A DNA stretch of 64,000 bases, from contig CAVZRV010000008.1 in NCBI GenBank assembly GCA_963777605.1, positions 352,001 to 416,000 on the forward strand, read 5' to 3'. The translations under genes were made by a program, and so were the position numbers. This stretch comes from an uncultured Acidobacteriota bacterium (GTDB lineage Bacteria > Acidobacteriota > UBA6911 > RPQK01 > JAPXNP01). Positions within the stretch are counted from its first letter, which is position 1. Each line of letters opens with the position of its first letter. Positions 27,664-38,482 of this stretch are shown one piece after another. The notes beneath the pieces were generated by a model that saw only the letters and a program-made list of their open reading frames with translations, was not told the DNA's origin and did no database searches.

Positions 27664-30267
27664 GTGGCTCGCCTTTTCTTAGTCGATGGAATGTCCCATG
27701 TTTACCGCGCCTACCATGCCATTAAGGGCCTGACCAACCGGCAGGGTCTTTCCACGAATGCGGTTTACGGGTTCACGGTGATGCTGCGCAAGCTGATCCA
27801 GGATGAAGAGCCCGAGTACCTCGCGGTTGCTTTCGACCCGAGAGGTCCGACGGTCCGTCACGAGCAGTTTGCTGAGTACAAGGCGACGCGGGCCCGCATG
27901 CCGGCCGACCTCGCCGAGCAGCTCCCTTACATCCACCGTCTCTGTGATGCGCTGAAGGTCCCAACGATTACCGTCGAGGGCTACGAAGCCGATGACGTCA
28001 TCGGAACCTTGACCCGAAGGGCCCGGGAGAAGGATCTCGACGTCGTAATCGTTTCGATCGACAAGGACCTTCTTCAGCTTGTGGATGAACGGGTTTCCGT
28101 TCTCGACACCCGGAACAACACCCTGTTCACTCCCGAAAAGGTGGCCGAGAAGTGGGGAGTGAGACCGGACCAGCTCGTGGACGTGCTCAGTCTGATCGGA
28201 GACACCTCTGACAACATCCCGGGGGCCCCGGGCATCGGCGAGAAAGGAGCCCGAACCCTGATTTCCGACTTCGGCAGCCTCGACAACCTCCTCGTCCAGA
28301 GCGAACAGGTCAGTCGCAAGAGCTACCGCGAGAGCCTGGGAGAGAACGCCGACCAGATTCGGAGCAGCCGGGAGTTGATTCGCGTCTACACCGACCTTTC
28401 GATCGATCTCGATATCGACCGACTCCAGGTAGGTGAAGCGGACGTTGGCGCGTTGCGGGCATTATTTGAGGACATGGAATTCTCCAGCCTCCTCGAGGAC
28501 CTGCCTCAGGACACCCCCGTACTGGAGCCGAGAGTGCAGCGGGTGAAGTCGGTTTCCGAGCTCGAACGGTCCGCCGCCCGCCTCAAGGAGGCAGCCTTGG
28601 GCATCGCGGTCTGGTACGAAGGGGACAGCCCCCTGAAGGGGGAGATTCAGGGGCTGGCGCTCTATCCCGGCTCCGGAGCGACCCTTTTCCTGGGCGGAGA
28701 ACTGATCCGTGAAGCAAAGGCAGAGATTGAAGCCATCCTTTCCGCGGCGGCGCAGTTGCGGGCGCATGACCTGAAACTTTTCCGGCTCGCAGCTCGACGT
28801 GCGTCCTGGGCGGTCGAACTCCCGGAGAGCCTGGATACGATGTTGATGGCCTATCTCCTGGAGCCGAATCAGCGGGACTTCTCGCTGGAAAAGATCGCGG
28901 GTGACTACCTCGGCCTCAACCTGAAGAGCCAGGCGACCGGATCCCTGCTCCAGAACGAGAAACCGGTGGACCTGTGCCGCCAGGCAATGGCGGTTTACCG
29001 CCTGGCCGACGACCTGCTGCCCCGCGTCCGTGAGAACGGGCTGGAGGAACTGCTCATGGATGCTGAGATGCCGCTGGTTGCGGTGTTGGCGGACATGGAG
29101 TGGGTCGGCGTTCGGATCGACACCGAACTGCTCGAGGCACAATCCATGGAACTGGAAGGTGAAATTGCCGAATTGACTCGCCAGATTTACGAGGATGCCG
29201 GCGAGGAATTCAATCTCAATTCGCCAAAACAACTGGCCTACATTTTGTTCGAGAAGATGAATCTCCCCAGTTCCCGGAAGACCGGGAAGGCCGGCCACCT
29301 CTCTACCGGGGTTGAGGTACTGGAAGAACTCGCGGGCAGCTTCGATATCGCGCAGCGCATCCTGGATTACCGGGAACTCGCGAAATTGAAGGGGACCTAC
29401 GTCGATGCCCTGCCGAAACTGGTTGACCCCAGAACCGGTCGGATCCATGCCTCCTTCAACCAGATGGTGGCTTCTACGGGGAGACTCTCTTCAAGTAACC
29501 CGAACCTGCAGAATATCCCGATTCGCGGCGAACAGGGCCGACGGATTCGAAAAGCGTTCATTGCCGACGAGGGGCACCTGATCCTGTCGGCCGACTACTC
29601 CCAGATCGAGTTGAGGGTAATGGCCCATCTTTCCGAGGACCCGGTTCTGGTGGAGGCTTTCCAGTCCGGAGAGGACATTCACGAGCGTACCGCCCGCGAG
29701 GTGTTTGGGGAAAGCAGCGGGCTGAGCCGGCAAGAGCAGCGGCGCCGCGCCAAGGTGATCAATTTCGGAATCATGTACGGGTTGAGTGCGTACGGGTTGG
29801 CCAAGAGTCTCAAAATCGACCGGTCTGAGGCCCAGCAGTTCATCGACGACTATTTCGACCGGTACAAGGGAGTCCAGGTCTGGATCGACCGCACTCTGGA
29901 GGAAGCGGAACGAACCGGGTTGGTCAAGACCATGTTCGGGCGAATTCGGCAGGTCCCCGAGATCAAGAGCAAGAATCGGAACATTCGGGAATTCGCCCGG
30001 CGGACCGCTATCAATGCGCCGATCCAGGGTTCGGCCGCCGACCTGATCAAGGTAGCGATGGTGGCGATCCACCAGCGGCTTCGCGATGAGTCCTGGAAGA
30101 GCAAGCTGATCATGCAGGTCCACGATGAACTGGTCTTCGAAGCGGAGTCCGGTGAGGTCGATCGGTTGGCGGCGCTGGTCACTGAGGAGATGGAGGGAGT
30201 GACCGAAATGAAAGTCCCTCTCAAAGTTGATCCGGCGATGGGACCGTCTTGGTTTGACGCCAAGTGA
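27664..30267 (+). CDS. polA: DNA polymerase I
   Basis: 5'-3' exonuclease LVDG..YRAYHA, EADDVIGT, GDTSDNIPG; polymerase motifs DYSQIELR, AKVINFGIMYG, QVHDELVFE. Confidence 0.97.
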   Translation: MARLFLVDGMSHVYRAYHAIKGLTNRQGLSTNAVYGFTVMLRKLIQDEEPEYLAVAFDPRGPTVRHEQFAEYKATRARMPADLAEQLPYIHRLCDALKVPTITVEGYEADDVIGTLTRRAREKDLDVVIVSIDKDLLQLVDERVSVLDTRNNTLFTPEKVAEKWGVRPDQLVDVLSLIGDTSDNIPGAPGIGEKGARTLISDFGSLDNLLVQSEQVSRKSYRESLGENADQIRSSRELIRVYTDLSIDLDIDRLQVGEADVGALRALFEDMEFSSLLEDLPQDTPVLEPRVQRVKSVSELERSAARLKEAALGIAVWYEGDSPLKGEIQGLALYPGSGATLFLGGELIREAKAEIEAILSAAAQLRAHDLKLFRLAARRASWAVELPESLDTMLMAYLLEPNQRDFSLEKIAGDYLGLNLKSQATGSLLQNEKPVDLCRQAMAVYRLADDLLPRVRENGLEELLMDAEMPLVAVLADMEWVGVRIDTELLEAQSMELEGEIAELTRQIYEDAGEEFNLNSPKQLAYILFEKMNLPSSRKTGKAGHLSTGVEVLEELAGSFDIAQRILDYRELAKLKGTYVDALPKLVDPRTGRIHASFNQMVASTGRLSSSNPNLQNIPIRGEQGRRIRKAFIADEGHLILSADYSQIELRVMAHLSEDPVLVEAFQSGEDIHERTAREVFGESSGLSRQEQRRRAKVINFGIMYGLSAYGLAKSLKIDRSEAQQFIDDYFDRYKGVQVWIDRTLEEAERTGLVKTMFGRIRQVPEIKSKNRNIREFARRTAINAPIQGSAADLIKVAMVAIHQRLRDESWKSKLIMQVHDELVFEAESGEVDRLAALVTEEMEGVTEMKVPLKVDPAMGPSWFDAK

Positions 30268-30335
30268 ACCGGGTGTAGAATATTTGCTCCTCGAGCTCGG
30301 AGAAGTTACGGAACTTCTAGGGCGGGCCTTCGTTT
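30254..30335 (+). promoter_or_regulatory. Tandem sigma70 (TTGACG-16-TAGAAT) and ECF-type (GGAAC-N16-CGTT) promoters of the ECF sigma gene
   Basis: TTGACG 30254-59, TAGAAT 30276-81; GGAAC 30310-14, CGTT 30331-34. Confidence 0.65.
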
Positions 30336-30349
30336 AAGAAGGTAGCCAT

Positions 30350-30952
30350 ATGGAAATCGTCGCAACATTAAGGAGTGAGGCTGGGCCTGGGGATAATGCG
30401 CTGGTTGCGCGTTACCTGGCGGGAAGTGACGACGCATTCGAGGTGCTCGTCCATCGCTACCAGGACCGCCTGGTCAATTACATCAACGGGATCGTCCGGG
30501 ATTACGACCGATCTGTCGATCTTTGCCAGGATGCGTTCATCCGCGTCTTTCGCAATGCCCATCGTTATGAGGGGAAGTACCAGTTCTCGACCTGGCTCTA
30601 CCGGATTGCTACGAATCTGGCGATTGACGAGTTGAGGCGAAGGGACCGGAAAGGGCGGTTCTTCTTCATGAACGTGCTCGATCTCTTCCAGGCGGACCAG
30701 CGCCCGTTCCCGCTTCCTGATCGACGTCACTGTCCCGAACGGACACTTGACAAGAAAGAAAAGGCGCACTGGCTTCAGCTGGCGATCGATTCCCTCGGAG
30801 AAAAGTATCGCCTTCCGTTTATCCTGAAAGAGGTTCAAGGCCTCTCCTACGAAGAGACGGCCCGGGTCCTCAACATCTCGCTTGGTACCGTAAAGTCCAG
30901 AATTCATCGAGCCAAGATACTGCTTCGCGAAAAGTTGACTGGGGTCCTATGA
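30350..30952 (+). CDS. ECF RNA polymerase sigma factor (RpoE/SigW-like)
   Basis: AFEVLVHRYQ, DLCQDAF, FSTWLYRIATNLAID, GLSYEETA..LGTVKSRIHRA. Confidence 0.92.
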   Translation: MEIVATLRSEAGPGDNALVARYLAGSDDAFEVLVHRYQDRLVNYINGIVRDYDRSVDLCQDAFIRVFRNAHRYEGKYQFSTWLYRIATNLAIDELRRRDRKGRFFFMNVLDLFQADQRPFPLPDRRHCPERTLDKKEKAHWLQLAIDSLGEKYRLPFILKEVQGLSYEETARVLNISLGTVKSRIHRAKILLREKLTGVL

Positions 30953-31455
30953 ACTGTGTGGAGATCCAGACCAGCCTGGCCGAGAACCTTGAGGCTCGCT
31001 TCGATCCTCTGATTGCCGTGCACCTGGATGGCTGTGTCCACTGTTCTCGAACCTGTCAAGAGCTTCTCGAACTGGAGGAACTCTCCCGCAGTCTGTCCGG
31101 GCGGTTCAAAGTCCCCTCGAATTTCCGAGACGAAGTTCTGTGCCGATATGAAGAGGACAAACCCTTGCGGCGCTGGCGCATGGTGCTGGGGGTCAGTTGC
31201 GTGGCTCTCCTGGCGGCGCTGGTTGTGTTCTTCAAGCCCTGGGAGGTTAGCGGCTCCGACCGGAGCCCCTCCGCCGTTCCGAGCGCGGTCCATTCCACCA
31301 CTTCAGGGGTACTTCCGGCTGCCGATTCCGGCTTCGTGGAGATCGTGGTCCCCGGCGAGGGAGATGACGAGATGATTGTCCGCCTGCCCACCGTAATAGA
31401 AGTCCGCCGCACTCAACTCCAGGAGGATTTCTATCTCAGTAATGTCAGCCACTAG
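30949..31455 (+). CDS. Zinc-finger (HxxxCxxC) transmembrane anti-sigma factor
   Basis: MNC...HLDGCVHC, single TM helix; ATGA overlap with the sigma gene. Confidence 0.8.
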   Translation: MNCVEIQTSLAENLEARFDPLIAVHLDGCVHCSRTCQELLELEELSRSLSGRFKVPSNFRDEVLCRYEEDKPLRRWRMVLGVSCVALLAALVVFFKPWEVSGSDRSPSAVPSAVHSTTSGVLPAADSGFVEIVVPGEGDDEMIVRLPTVIEVRRTQLQEDFYLSNVSH

Positions 31456-31456
31456 G

Positions 31457-32918
31457 ATGCGCCTGGGCCGAGGGTCATTGTTGCTCCTACTGAGCCTGGG
31501 TGTCGGTCTGGACTTTGGAGAGCCGTTCGCTGCCGGTGTCGAGTCCCGGGTGCCGGAGGGCGTGGTCCGCGTCCAGTTCAGGCGCACGCTCCCGGGTGTT
31601 TTTCAGGGAGAGAAGATCATCCCCCAGGCCACTGTTGTCGAAGTGACCGAATACAGTGGGGTGGTGATCGACGCTCGGGGCTACATCGCTTCCTATATCG
31701 GGAGCACCTGGGTTGACATGGGCAATGCTGCTCCCGAAGTCTCCGTTCGACTTCCCGACGGCAAATTCGTTCCGGCACAGTTGGTCGGTATCGACGAACG
31801 GGTTTCGCTGGCCGTTCTCCACGCGGGAGCGGTTTCCGGCCGTTCCGCTGTCCTGGGGCGTGCCTTCGCGAAAGAATCGGTGCAGTTGGCCTACTGGAAT
31901 TCCCCTCAAGTCAGAGAGTCTCCGGAACCCTCTGTCCTCTGGGGGAGCAGCAGAGGATCGCGGGAGAAGCCCGGCGACCCGGGATGCTGGGCGGTTACCG
32001 GAGGGCAGGTGCTCAATGCGGTCGCGGCCGGCCTCGACTCGGTCGCGATGATGAAGATCAGAATGAATCCGGATGAGCCCGGACCTCATGAGCACGAGTG
32101 GGGCGGAGCAGTGGTGCTGGACGGGTCAGACCGCTTTCTCGGTTTTGTCACGCGCGTGGAGAACTCGGGATTGAGTCGCACGATCCGGGCGGTCCACCTG
32201 CTTCCGGTACAGGTGGCGAAAGAATCGCTGAAGGAAGTCGTCGACCGCAAGCAGAGTATCCGGGCGGGCTGGTTGGGAATCTGGATGAGCGAGGAACCCG
32301 ACCAGGTGAGGGTTGAGAAGGTAGTCCCCGGAGAACCGGCCGAGCGGGCCGGGCTCCAGGCAGGGGATGTCATCATCAGGTTCAACGACACGGCTATCTG
32401 GTCGCGCGATCAGTTCGTTCGCCTGCTGCGGTCCCTGAGTCCCGAGGCCCGGGTGGATCTGACGGTGGAACGTGACGGGCGGCCGCAAAGGCTTTCCGCT
32501 GTTTTGGGCGTCGTGGCCGGCCAGTGAACGTCCGCGATTCGCCTGGTCGATTCAGATCCCCGATGTCTGGACGTCGGACAACGGTTCCAGCGCCGAGTCG
32601 AAGGACCTCCGGATTTACAAAGTGCCCCTCGATCCACCGGCCAGCCTGGGCCTCGTGGTAGATTCGCTGACGCCCCAACTGGCCCAGTATTTCAAGGTGC
32701 CTTCGGGCAAGGGACTGCTTGTCAAGTCGGTCACCGACGGCAGTCCGGCCAGCCGGTTCGGGTTTCGGGCGGGCGACGTGTTGACTCGGATCAATGACCA
32801 GGAAGTGGAATCCGCCAGCGATATCCGACGGATCGTCGAACTCTCCCGGGACGGAGCCCTGGTCATCGGCTTCTTCCGTGACGGCGTCCGGATGACCCGC
32901 AAAGTAGCTCTCCACTAG
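31457..32918 (+). CDS. HtrA/DegP-like protein with two PDZ domains, catalytic residues apparently absent; one frameshift near 32507
   Basis: Signal peptide; YSGVVIDARGYI, GIDERVSLAVL, RAGWLGI, PAERAGLQAGDVI, LTPQLAQYF..GLLV.SV..GSPA..GFRAGDV; deleting one G in ttgggcg fuses the two ORFs. Confidence 0.75.
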
Positions 32919-32962
32919 TGTCTTGCCGACATGACCGTGGCTTCCCCGTTTAGAATGAGACG

Positions 32963-35785
32963 ATGCAGGAGATTCTGATTCGGGGGGCTCGCCAGCACAA
33001 TCTGCGTAACCTGGATCTGAGCATCCCGAGAAATGCCATCACCGTGATCACCGGGCTGAGCGGTTCCGGCAAGTCGAGTCTCGCCTTTGACACCCTTTAT
33101 GCGGAAGGCCAGCGCCGTTACATTGAGTCTCTCTCGACCTACGCGAGGCAGTTCCTGGAGCAGATGGAGAAGCCGGACGTCGATTCCATTGACGGCCTGT
33201 CGCCCGCCATCTCCATTGAACAGAAGACGACCTCGCGCAGTGCGCGGTCGACCGTGGGCACGATCACCGAGATTTACGATTACCTGCGCCTGCTGTTCTC
33301 GAGCGTCGGACTGCCCCACTGTCCGAACTGCGGTCGGGTCATCTCCCGGCAAACCGTGGACGACATCGTCGATCAGATCCTGCAAATGCCTCAGGGAACG
33401 AGGGTGACCGTGCTGGCTCCCGTCGTTCGGGAGCGCAAGGGTGAGTTCAGAAGGCTCTTCGAGCGCTTTCTCAAGGAAGGCTACATCAGGGCGAGGGTCG
33501 ACGGTGAAGTGATCGATCTGGAGTTTCCTCCTTCGCTGGATCGTCGCAAGAACCACACGGTCGAGGTCATCGTGGACAGGTTGGCGGTTTCGGCCGACTT
33601 CAGGAAACGGGTCGAGGAGTCGGTGCGGCAGGCGCTGAAGATCGCCGACGGGTTGGCCGGAATCAGTATTCGTGACGGATCGGAACAACTCTTTTCGGAG
33701 AAGCTGGCCTGCATCGACTGTGGGATCAGCGTGCCGGTGCTGGAGCCGAGGAGTTTCTCGTTCAACAGCCGGTTCGGGGCCTGTGAAGTCTGTAAAGGGC
33801 TCGGTACGTTTCTGCAGGCCAACCTGGGCAGGCTGGTCAAGAATCCGAGCCAGCCCTTGGACAAGCTCCGTCTCTCGCTGACCGACCGCGACCTGGACTA
33901 CCTTTTCCGGGAAGCTTCGTCCGCCTTGATGCGGCACCTCGGAGTCGATGGCGACACTCCCTTTGAGTTGTGGCCCGGCCGGATGCTCTCGGCGCTTCGG
34001 GACGGCCTTCTCGAGAAGATAGAATTTCGGTACGGGGACCACGTCTATGCAAGCCAGTTCGAAGGCCTGACACAGTGGTTCCGAAGGAGGATCGAGTCGA
34101 CCTCCAGCCCCAAGCGCAGGCAGCAGCTGCAGGCCTACATGGGGGAAGCCGAGTGCGGCGCCTGTGGTGGAAGCCGGTTGCGACCCGAGAGCCGGGCGGT
34201 CCGACTCAACGATCTCTCGATTTCGGATTATTGCCGGATGCCTCTCGATGATTGTGAGAAGGCGCTCGGACGCATCGGGCTGAGCGGCCGTCAGGAGCGG
34301 GTGGCCGGGCCGGTGCTTGACGAGATTCGGCAGCGGGTGTCATTCCTGGTTCAGATCGGGGTCGAGTACCTGACCCTGGACCGCCAGGCCGAAACCCTGT
34401 CCGCGGGAGAGGCGCAACGGGTCCGGCTGGCGACCCAGGTGGGGTCTCAGCTCCGCGGAGTCCTGTATGTCCTCGACGAGCCGTCGATCGGCTTGCATGC
34501 CCGGGACACCCAGAGCCTTCTCGACGCCCTCGCCCGGCTGCGCGACCTGGGAAATACGATCGTCGTCGTCGAGCACGATGAAGAGACGATCCGGAGTGCA
34601 GACCACATTGTCGATCTTGGGCCGGGCGCCGGTGTCCACGGCGGAGCCATCGTTGCAGAGGGCTCGCTCGACGAAATCGCGAACAACCCCGAGTCGCTCA
34701 CCGGGGCGTTCTTGAGCGGCCGGACCCAGATCGTCGCACCGTCTGAACCCCGGCAGGGAAACGGGAAGTCCCTGCAATTGCTGGGAGTTCGTCACCACAA
34801 CCTGGCAGATGTCGATGTCTCATTCCCCCTGGGCGTCTTCATCGCCGTCACCGGAGTCTCGGGAGCGGGGAAGTCATCACTCGTTGACGAAGTGCTCTAC
34901 CGTAGCCTCTCCCGGCATCTTTACGGGTCGTTGCTGGAGCCTGGGCCGGTTCGGGAGATCCGCGGGCTGGACAACATCGACAAAGTCATCGAGATCGACC
35001 AGTCCCCAATCGGCCGAACTCCCCGATCCAACCCCGCCACCTACACCGGGGTGTTTACCCCGATCCGGAAACTCTTCTCGCTTCTTCCGGAATCCCGGAT
35101 GCGTGGCTACAAGCCGGGCCGTTTCAGTTTCAACGTCAAGGGAGGCCGCTGCGAAGCCTGTCGGGGCGACGGCGTCCGCAAGATCGAGATGAGCTTCCTC
35201 CCGGATGTCTACGTAGGTTGCGAGGTTTGCCAGGGCGCCCGCTACAACCGGGAAACCCTGACCGTGAAGTACAAGGGACAGAGTATTGCCGACGTTCTCC
35301 AGATGCCGGTTGACGAAGCCTACGAACTGCTCGACAACATCCCGCCAATCGAGAGCAGGTTGCGAACCCTGCGCCAGGTTGGGCTCGGCTACATTACTCT
35401 GGGCCAGTCATCGACGACCCTTTCCGGGGGCGAGGCCCAACGCGTCAAGCTGGCCCGGGAGTTGAGCCGCAGAGCGACCGGCCGAACGCTTTACATCCTG
35501 GACGAGCCGACGACGGGACTGCACTACGAGGATGTCCGGAAGCTTCTTGATATCCTCCACGAACTCGTCAATCTTGGTAACACGGTGATCGTTATCGAGC
35601 ACAATCTTGATGTGATCCGCTGTGCCGACTGGATCATCGATCTCGGTCCCGACGGTGGGTCGAAGGGAGGACGTTTGGTTGCTTGTGGCCCTCCTGCAAC
35701 GGTCGCCGGAATCCCTGAATCGCGCACCGGGCAGGCGCTGGCACCAGCCCTGGCCGGTTTACCTCCCGGTTCCGAGCGTCATTGA
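32963..35785 (+). CDS. uvrA: Excinuclease ABC subunit A
   Basis: [30 protein letters not shown], zinc fingers, second Walker [22 protein letters not shown]. Confidence 0.98.
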   Translation: MQEILIRGARQHNLRNLDLSIPRNAITVITGLSGSGKSSLAFDTLYAEGQRRYIESLSTYARQFLEQMEKPDVDSIDGLSPAISIEQKTTSRSARSTVGTITEIYDYLRLLFSSVGLPHCPNCGRVISRQTVDDIVDQILQMPQGTRVTVLAPVVRERKGEFRRLFERFLKEGYIRARVDGEVIDLEFPPSLDRRKNHTVEVIVDRLAVSADFRKRVEESVRQALKIADGLAGISIRDGSEQLFSEKLACIDCGISVPVLEPRSFSFNSRFGACEVCKGLGTFLQANLGRLVKNPSQPLDKLRLSLTDRDLDYLFREASSALMRHLGVDGDTPFELWPGRMLSALRDGLLEKIEFRYGDHVYASQFEGLTQWFRRRIESTSSPKRRQQLQAYMGEAECGACGGSRLRPESRAVRLNDLSISDYCRMPLDDCEKALGRIGLSGRQERVAGPVLDEIRQRVSFLVQIGVEYLTLDRQAETLSAGEAQRVRLATQVGSQLRGVLYVLDEPSIGLHARDTQSLLDALARLRDLGNTIVVVEHDEETIRSADHIVDLGPGAGVHGGAIVAEGSLDEIANNPESLTGAFLSGRTQIVAPSEPRQGNGKSLQLLGVRHHNLADVDVSFPLGVFIAVTGVSGAGKSSLVDEVLYRSLSRHLYGSLLEPGPVREIRGLDNIDKVIEIDQSPIGRTPRSNPATYTGVFTPIRKLFSLLPESRMRGYKPGRFSFNVKGGRCEACRGDGVRKIEMSFLPDVYVGCEVCQGARYNRETLTVKYKGQSIADVLQMPVDEAYELLDNIPPIESRLRTLRQVGLGYITLGQSSTTLSGGEAQRVKLARELSRRATGRTLYILDEPTTGLHYEDVRKLLDILHELVNLGNTVIVIEHNLDVIRCADWIIDLGPDGGSKGGRLVACGPPATVAGIPESRTGQALAPALAGLPPGSERH

Positions 35786-35920
35786 TCGGATGGGTAAGTT
35801 CGGGGACCTCCGCCGGGCGACATGATCGTGGCTCCGGGAATAGCTTGCGCGCCGACAGCCCTCATCCGAACCTCCACCCAATCACAAGCCAAAAATCCAA
35901 GACCACAGATGCCCATCGGT

Positions 35921-36027
35921 CATGTCGTCCCGCCGGGGCGGGACTGGGGATGTTTGCGTGCCGGGGGACCCAGGATTCCGCCTTCGGCTGCATCCTGGCC
36001 TACTCCATTCCGCCCCGCAGGCGGGGC
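35921..36027 (+). repeat. Dispersed multi-hairpin repeat (family B)
   Basis: Close copy of 9289-9397. Confidence 0.8.
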
Positions 36028-36072
36028 AGGTCCCCTGACCCGAAATGCGGAGCCAGAAACCAGTACAATCTT

Positions 36073-36105
<33 letters not shown>

Positions 36106-36144
36106 GACAAGGTTTCAGGTTAGACTTACGCACGAAGGGGATCT

Positions 36145-37104
36145 ATGGCCAAGTTCGAGCGCTTCGATTTTTCAAATGCCCGCCGTTATTCCGTTGAAGA
36201 CCGCCCCAGCAAAGTTGGAGTGGGGGCTTTCGCCTCTCCGGTCGGCTCGGACAGTCTGAGTGATTTCCTCGGCTCCCTGCCCGATTTTCTGGCGGCCAAG
36301 CAGTTGCGTACCCTGGTCTCCCGCGTCCAGCAGGCACGACGGTTGGGGAAGCCGATCATCTGGGGTTTCGGGGGCCACGTGATCAAGGTCGGCCTGGCCC
36401 CGGTACTGGTTGACCTGATGGATCGGGGGTTCGTCACCGCCCTGGCGACCAACGGTAGCGGGGTGATCCACGATTTCGAGCTGGCTCTGTTCGGGAAAAC
36501 GTCGGAGGATGTCGAGCAGCAGCTGGTGGCCGGTGACTTCGGGATGGCGGAAGAGACCGGGAAGGGAATCAACCAGGCGGTGATCGACGGCTTCGAGCTG
36601 GGACTCGGGTTTGGAGCCTCCGTCGGACGATTCCTCGACCGTGCCGAATCGGTTCCATCCGGAGTATCCGTGCTCCTCGAAGCCTATCGCCGGGAGATCC
36701 CGGTGACGGTCCACGTCGCCGTGGGAACCGATATCATTCACTGCCACCCGGAAGCCTCGGGCGAGGCGATCGGGGCAACGTCACTGCGCGATTTCCAGAT
36801 GTTCACGGGAATCGTTGCCCAGTTGGAAGGCGGAGGCGTCTACCTGAACCTCGGTTCCGCGGTGATCCTGCCCGAGGTGTTCCTGAAGGCGGTCACGGCA
36901 GTGCGCAATGCTGGAACTCCGCTGCGGGATCTGGTGACTGCGAACCTGGACTTTCTCCAGCACTACCGGCCGACACAAAACGTTGTGCGCCGCCCCGTGG
37001 CCGGAAGTGGTACCGGGATAAGCCTGACGGGCCACCACGAGATTATGGTCCCGCTTCTGGCTGGCCTGCTGATTCACTGTGAGCAGCCGTCCGATGCAGG
37101 ATAG
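36145..37104 (+). CDS. Deoxyhypusine-synthase-like protein of unknown function
   Basis: GGHVIKVGL, ALATNGSGVIHDFE, FGMAEETG, PVTVHVAVGTDIIH, GSAVILPEVFLKA, GHHEIMVPLL. Confidence 0.7.
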   Translation: MAKFERFDFSNARRYSVEDRPSKVGVGAFASPVGSDSLSDFLGSLPDFLAAKQLRTLVSRVQQARRLGKPIIWGFGGHVIKVGLAPVLVDLMDRGFVTALATNGSGVIHDFELALFGKTSEDVEQQLVAGDFGMAEETGKGINQAVIDGFELGLGFGASVGRFLDRAESVPSGVSVLLEAYRREIPVTVHVAVGTDIIHCHPEASGEAIGATSLRDFQMFTGIVAQLEGGGVYLNLGSAVILPEVFLKAVTAVRNAGTPLRDLVTANLDFLQHYRPTQNVVRRPVAGSGTGISLTGHHEIMVPLLAGLLIHCEQPSDAG

Positions 37105-37126
37105 GAACGAAACGCCTTGAGCATTC

Positions 37127-37879
37127 TTGATCGAGCGAAGAGCTGTGGAGGAGGGCTTGCCGAATATCGGGGTTATCATTCCCGCGCTCGACGAAGAAGC
37201 CTCGGTCGGGCAGGTTGTCGAGAGGGTCCTCTCGAGTGTTCGCCCGCTTGGAACGGCCCGGGTGCTGGTGGCGGACAACGGATCCCGCGATGGGACCTCC
37301 AGGGTAGCCCGCGAGGCGGGTGCCGAAACCATTCGCGTGCTCCCCCGCGGCTACGGTGCGGCCTGCCTTGGGGCGATCCGGGAGTTAGGGGATTGGCCGG
37401 AGATCGTGGTTTTCCTGGACGCCGACGGCTCGAGCAGTCCCGAGGAGAGCGACCGCCTCATCGCTCCGGTCTTGTCTGGAAAGGCAGAAGCCGTACTCGG
37501 TTGCCGCACATCCACTGTTGCCATGACGGCTCCGCAGAAGTTGGGGACCCGGCTTGCCGTTAAGCTCATTAACCTGCTCTGGGGCACCGGTTATCGGGAC
37601 ATGGGGCCATTCCGCTGCCTCCGCCGCGAGGCTCTCGGCCGGTTGGCGATGACCGACCTGACCTGGGGATGGACGATCGAAATGCAGATCCGGCTGGCGG
37701 AAGAAGGCTGCCGCGTTCTCGAAGTGCCGGTTTCGTGGAACCGCCGGCTGGCGGGCAAATCTAAGATCAGCGGCAGCGTCACGGGCGTCCTCCGCGCGGG
37801 AGGCAAGATTCTCTGGACGGTTGCCCGGTATGCCTGGAGTCGCAACAGCCGCCGTGGTCAGGTCTCCCGCTCGAGGTGA
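37127..37879 (+). CDS. Glycosyltransferase family 2
   Basis: VIIPALDEE, VADNGSRDGT, GYGAAC, FLDADGS, DMGPFR, GKSKISG; start uncertain. Confidence 0.88.
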   Translation: MIERRAVEEGLPNIGVIIPALDEEASVGQVVERVLSSVRPLGTARVLVADNGSRDGTSRVAREAGAETIRVLPRGYGAACLGAIRELGDWPEIVVFLDADGSSSPEESDRLIAPVLSGKAEAVLGCRTSTVAMTAPQKLGTRLAVKLINLLWGTGYRDMGPFRCLRREALGRLAMTDLTWGWTIEMQIRLAEEGCRVLEVPVSWNRRLAGKSKISGSVTGVLRAGGKILWTVARYAWSRNSRRGQVSRSR

Positions 37880-38469
37880 CGGTGCAGTTCCCTGTAGACC
37901 TGCTCGACCTGCTCCCTGGTGTTTTCGAAACTGCCTGAAGTGTCGATTGCGTAGTCGCCGACCAGGAGCTTTCGGTAAATCGGCATCTGGCTGCGGATGC
38001 GCAGCAGGGCCTCGTCGCGGCTCATGCCATCCCTGTGGATCAGCCGCCGGAGCTGTTCCTCCGGTGGGCAGTAGGTCACCAAGACCACCTCATAGCGCCG
38101 GTAGGTCCCGACTTCGACCATCAGTGCCGCATCGACCACGATGATTCGGGAATGCAGCGGCTGGCAGGCCTGGATCAGTGCATCCTCGCGTTCCAGTATG
38201 TGCGGATGAACGATCTGGTTCAGCCTGTGGCGTTCCCTCGCGTCAGAGAAGACCCTGGCTCCGAGAGCCTTTCGGTCGAGAGTACCGTCGCGCTTGAGGA
38301 TCTTTTTTCCGAATGCCTCCAGGATCTCCCGGTAACCGGCCGTTCCCGGTTCGACCACTTCACGCGCAATCTGGTCGGCGTCGATGACGTGGACGCCGAG
38401 GGCCTCGAACGTGCGGAGGACGTTGGATTTCCCGCAGGCAATCCCGCCGGTTAAACCGACCTTGAGCAT
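37858..38469 (-). CDS. coaE: Dephospho-CoA kinase
   Basis: KVGLTGGIACGKS, IDADQIAREVV, LDRKALG, LNQIVHP, RIRSQ. Confidence 0.95.
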   Translation of the reverse strand: MLKVGLTGGIACGKSNVLRTFEALGVHVIDADQIAREVVEPGTAGYREILEAFGKKILKRDGTLDRKALGARVFSDARERHRLNQIVHPHILEREDALIQACQPLHSRIIVVDAALMVEVGTYRRYEVVLVTYCPPEEQLRRLIHRDGMSRDEALLRIRSQMPIYRKLLVGDYAIDTSGSFENTREQVEQVYRELHRHLERET

Positions 38470-38482
38470 TCGTTGGCAGGGC

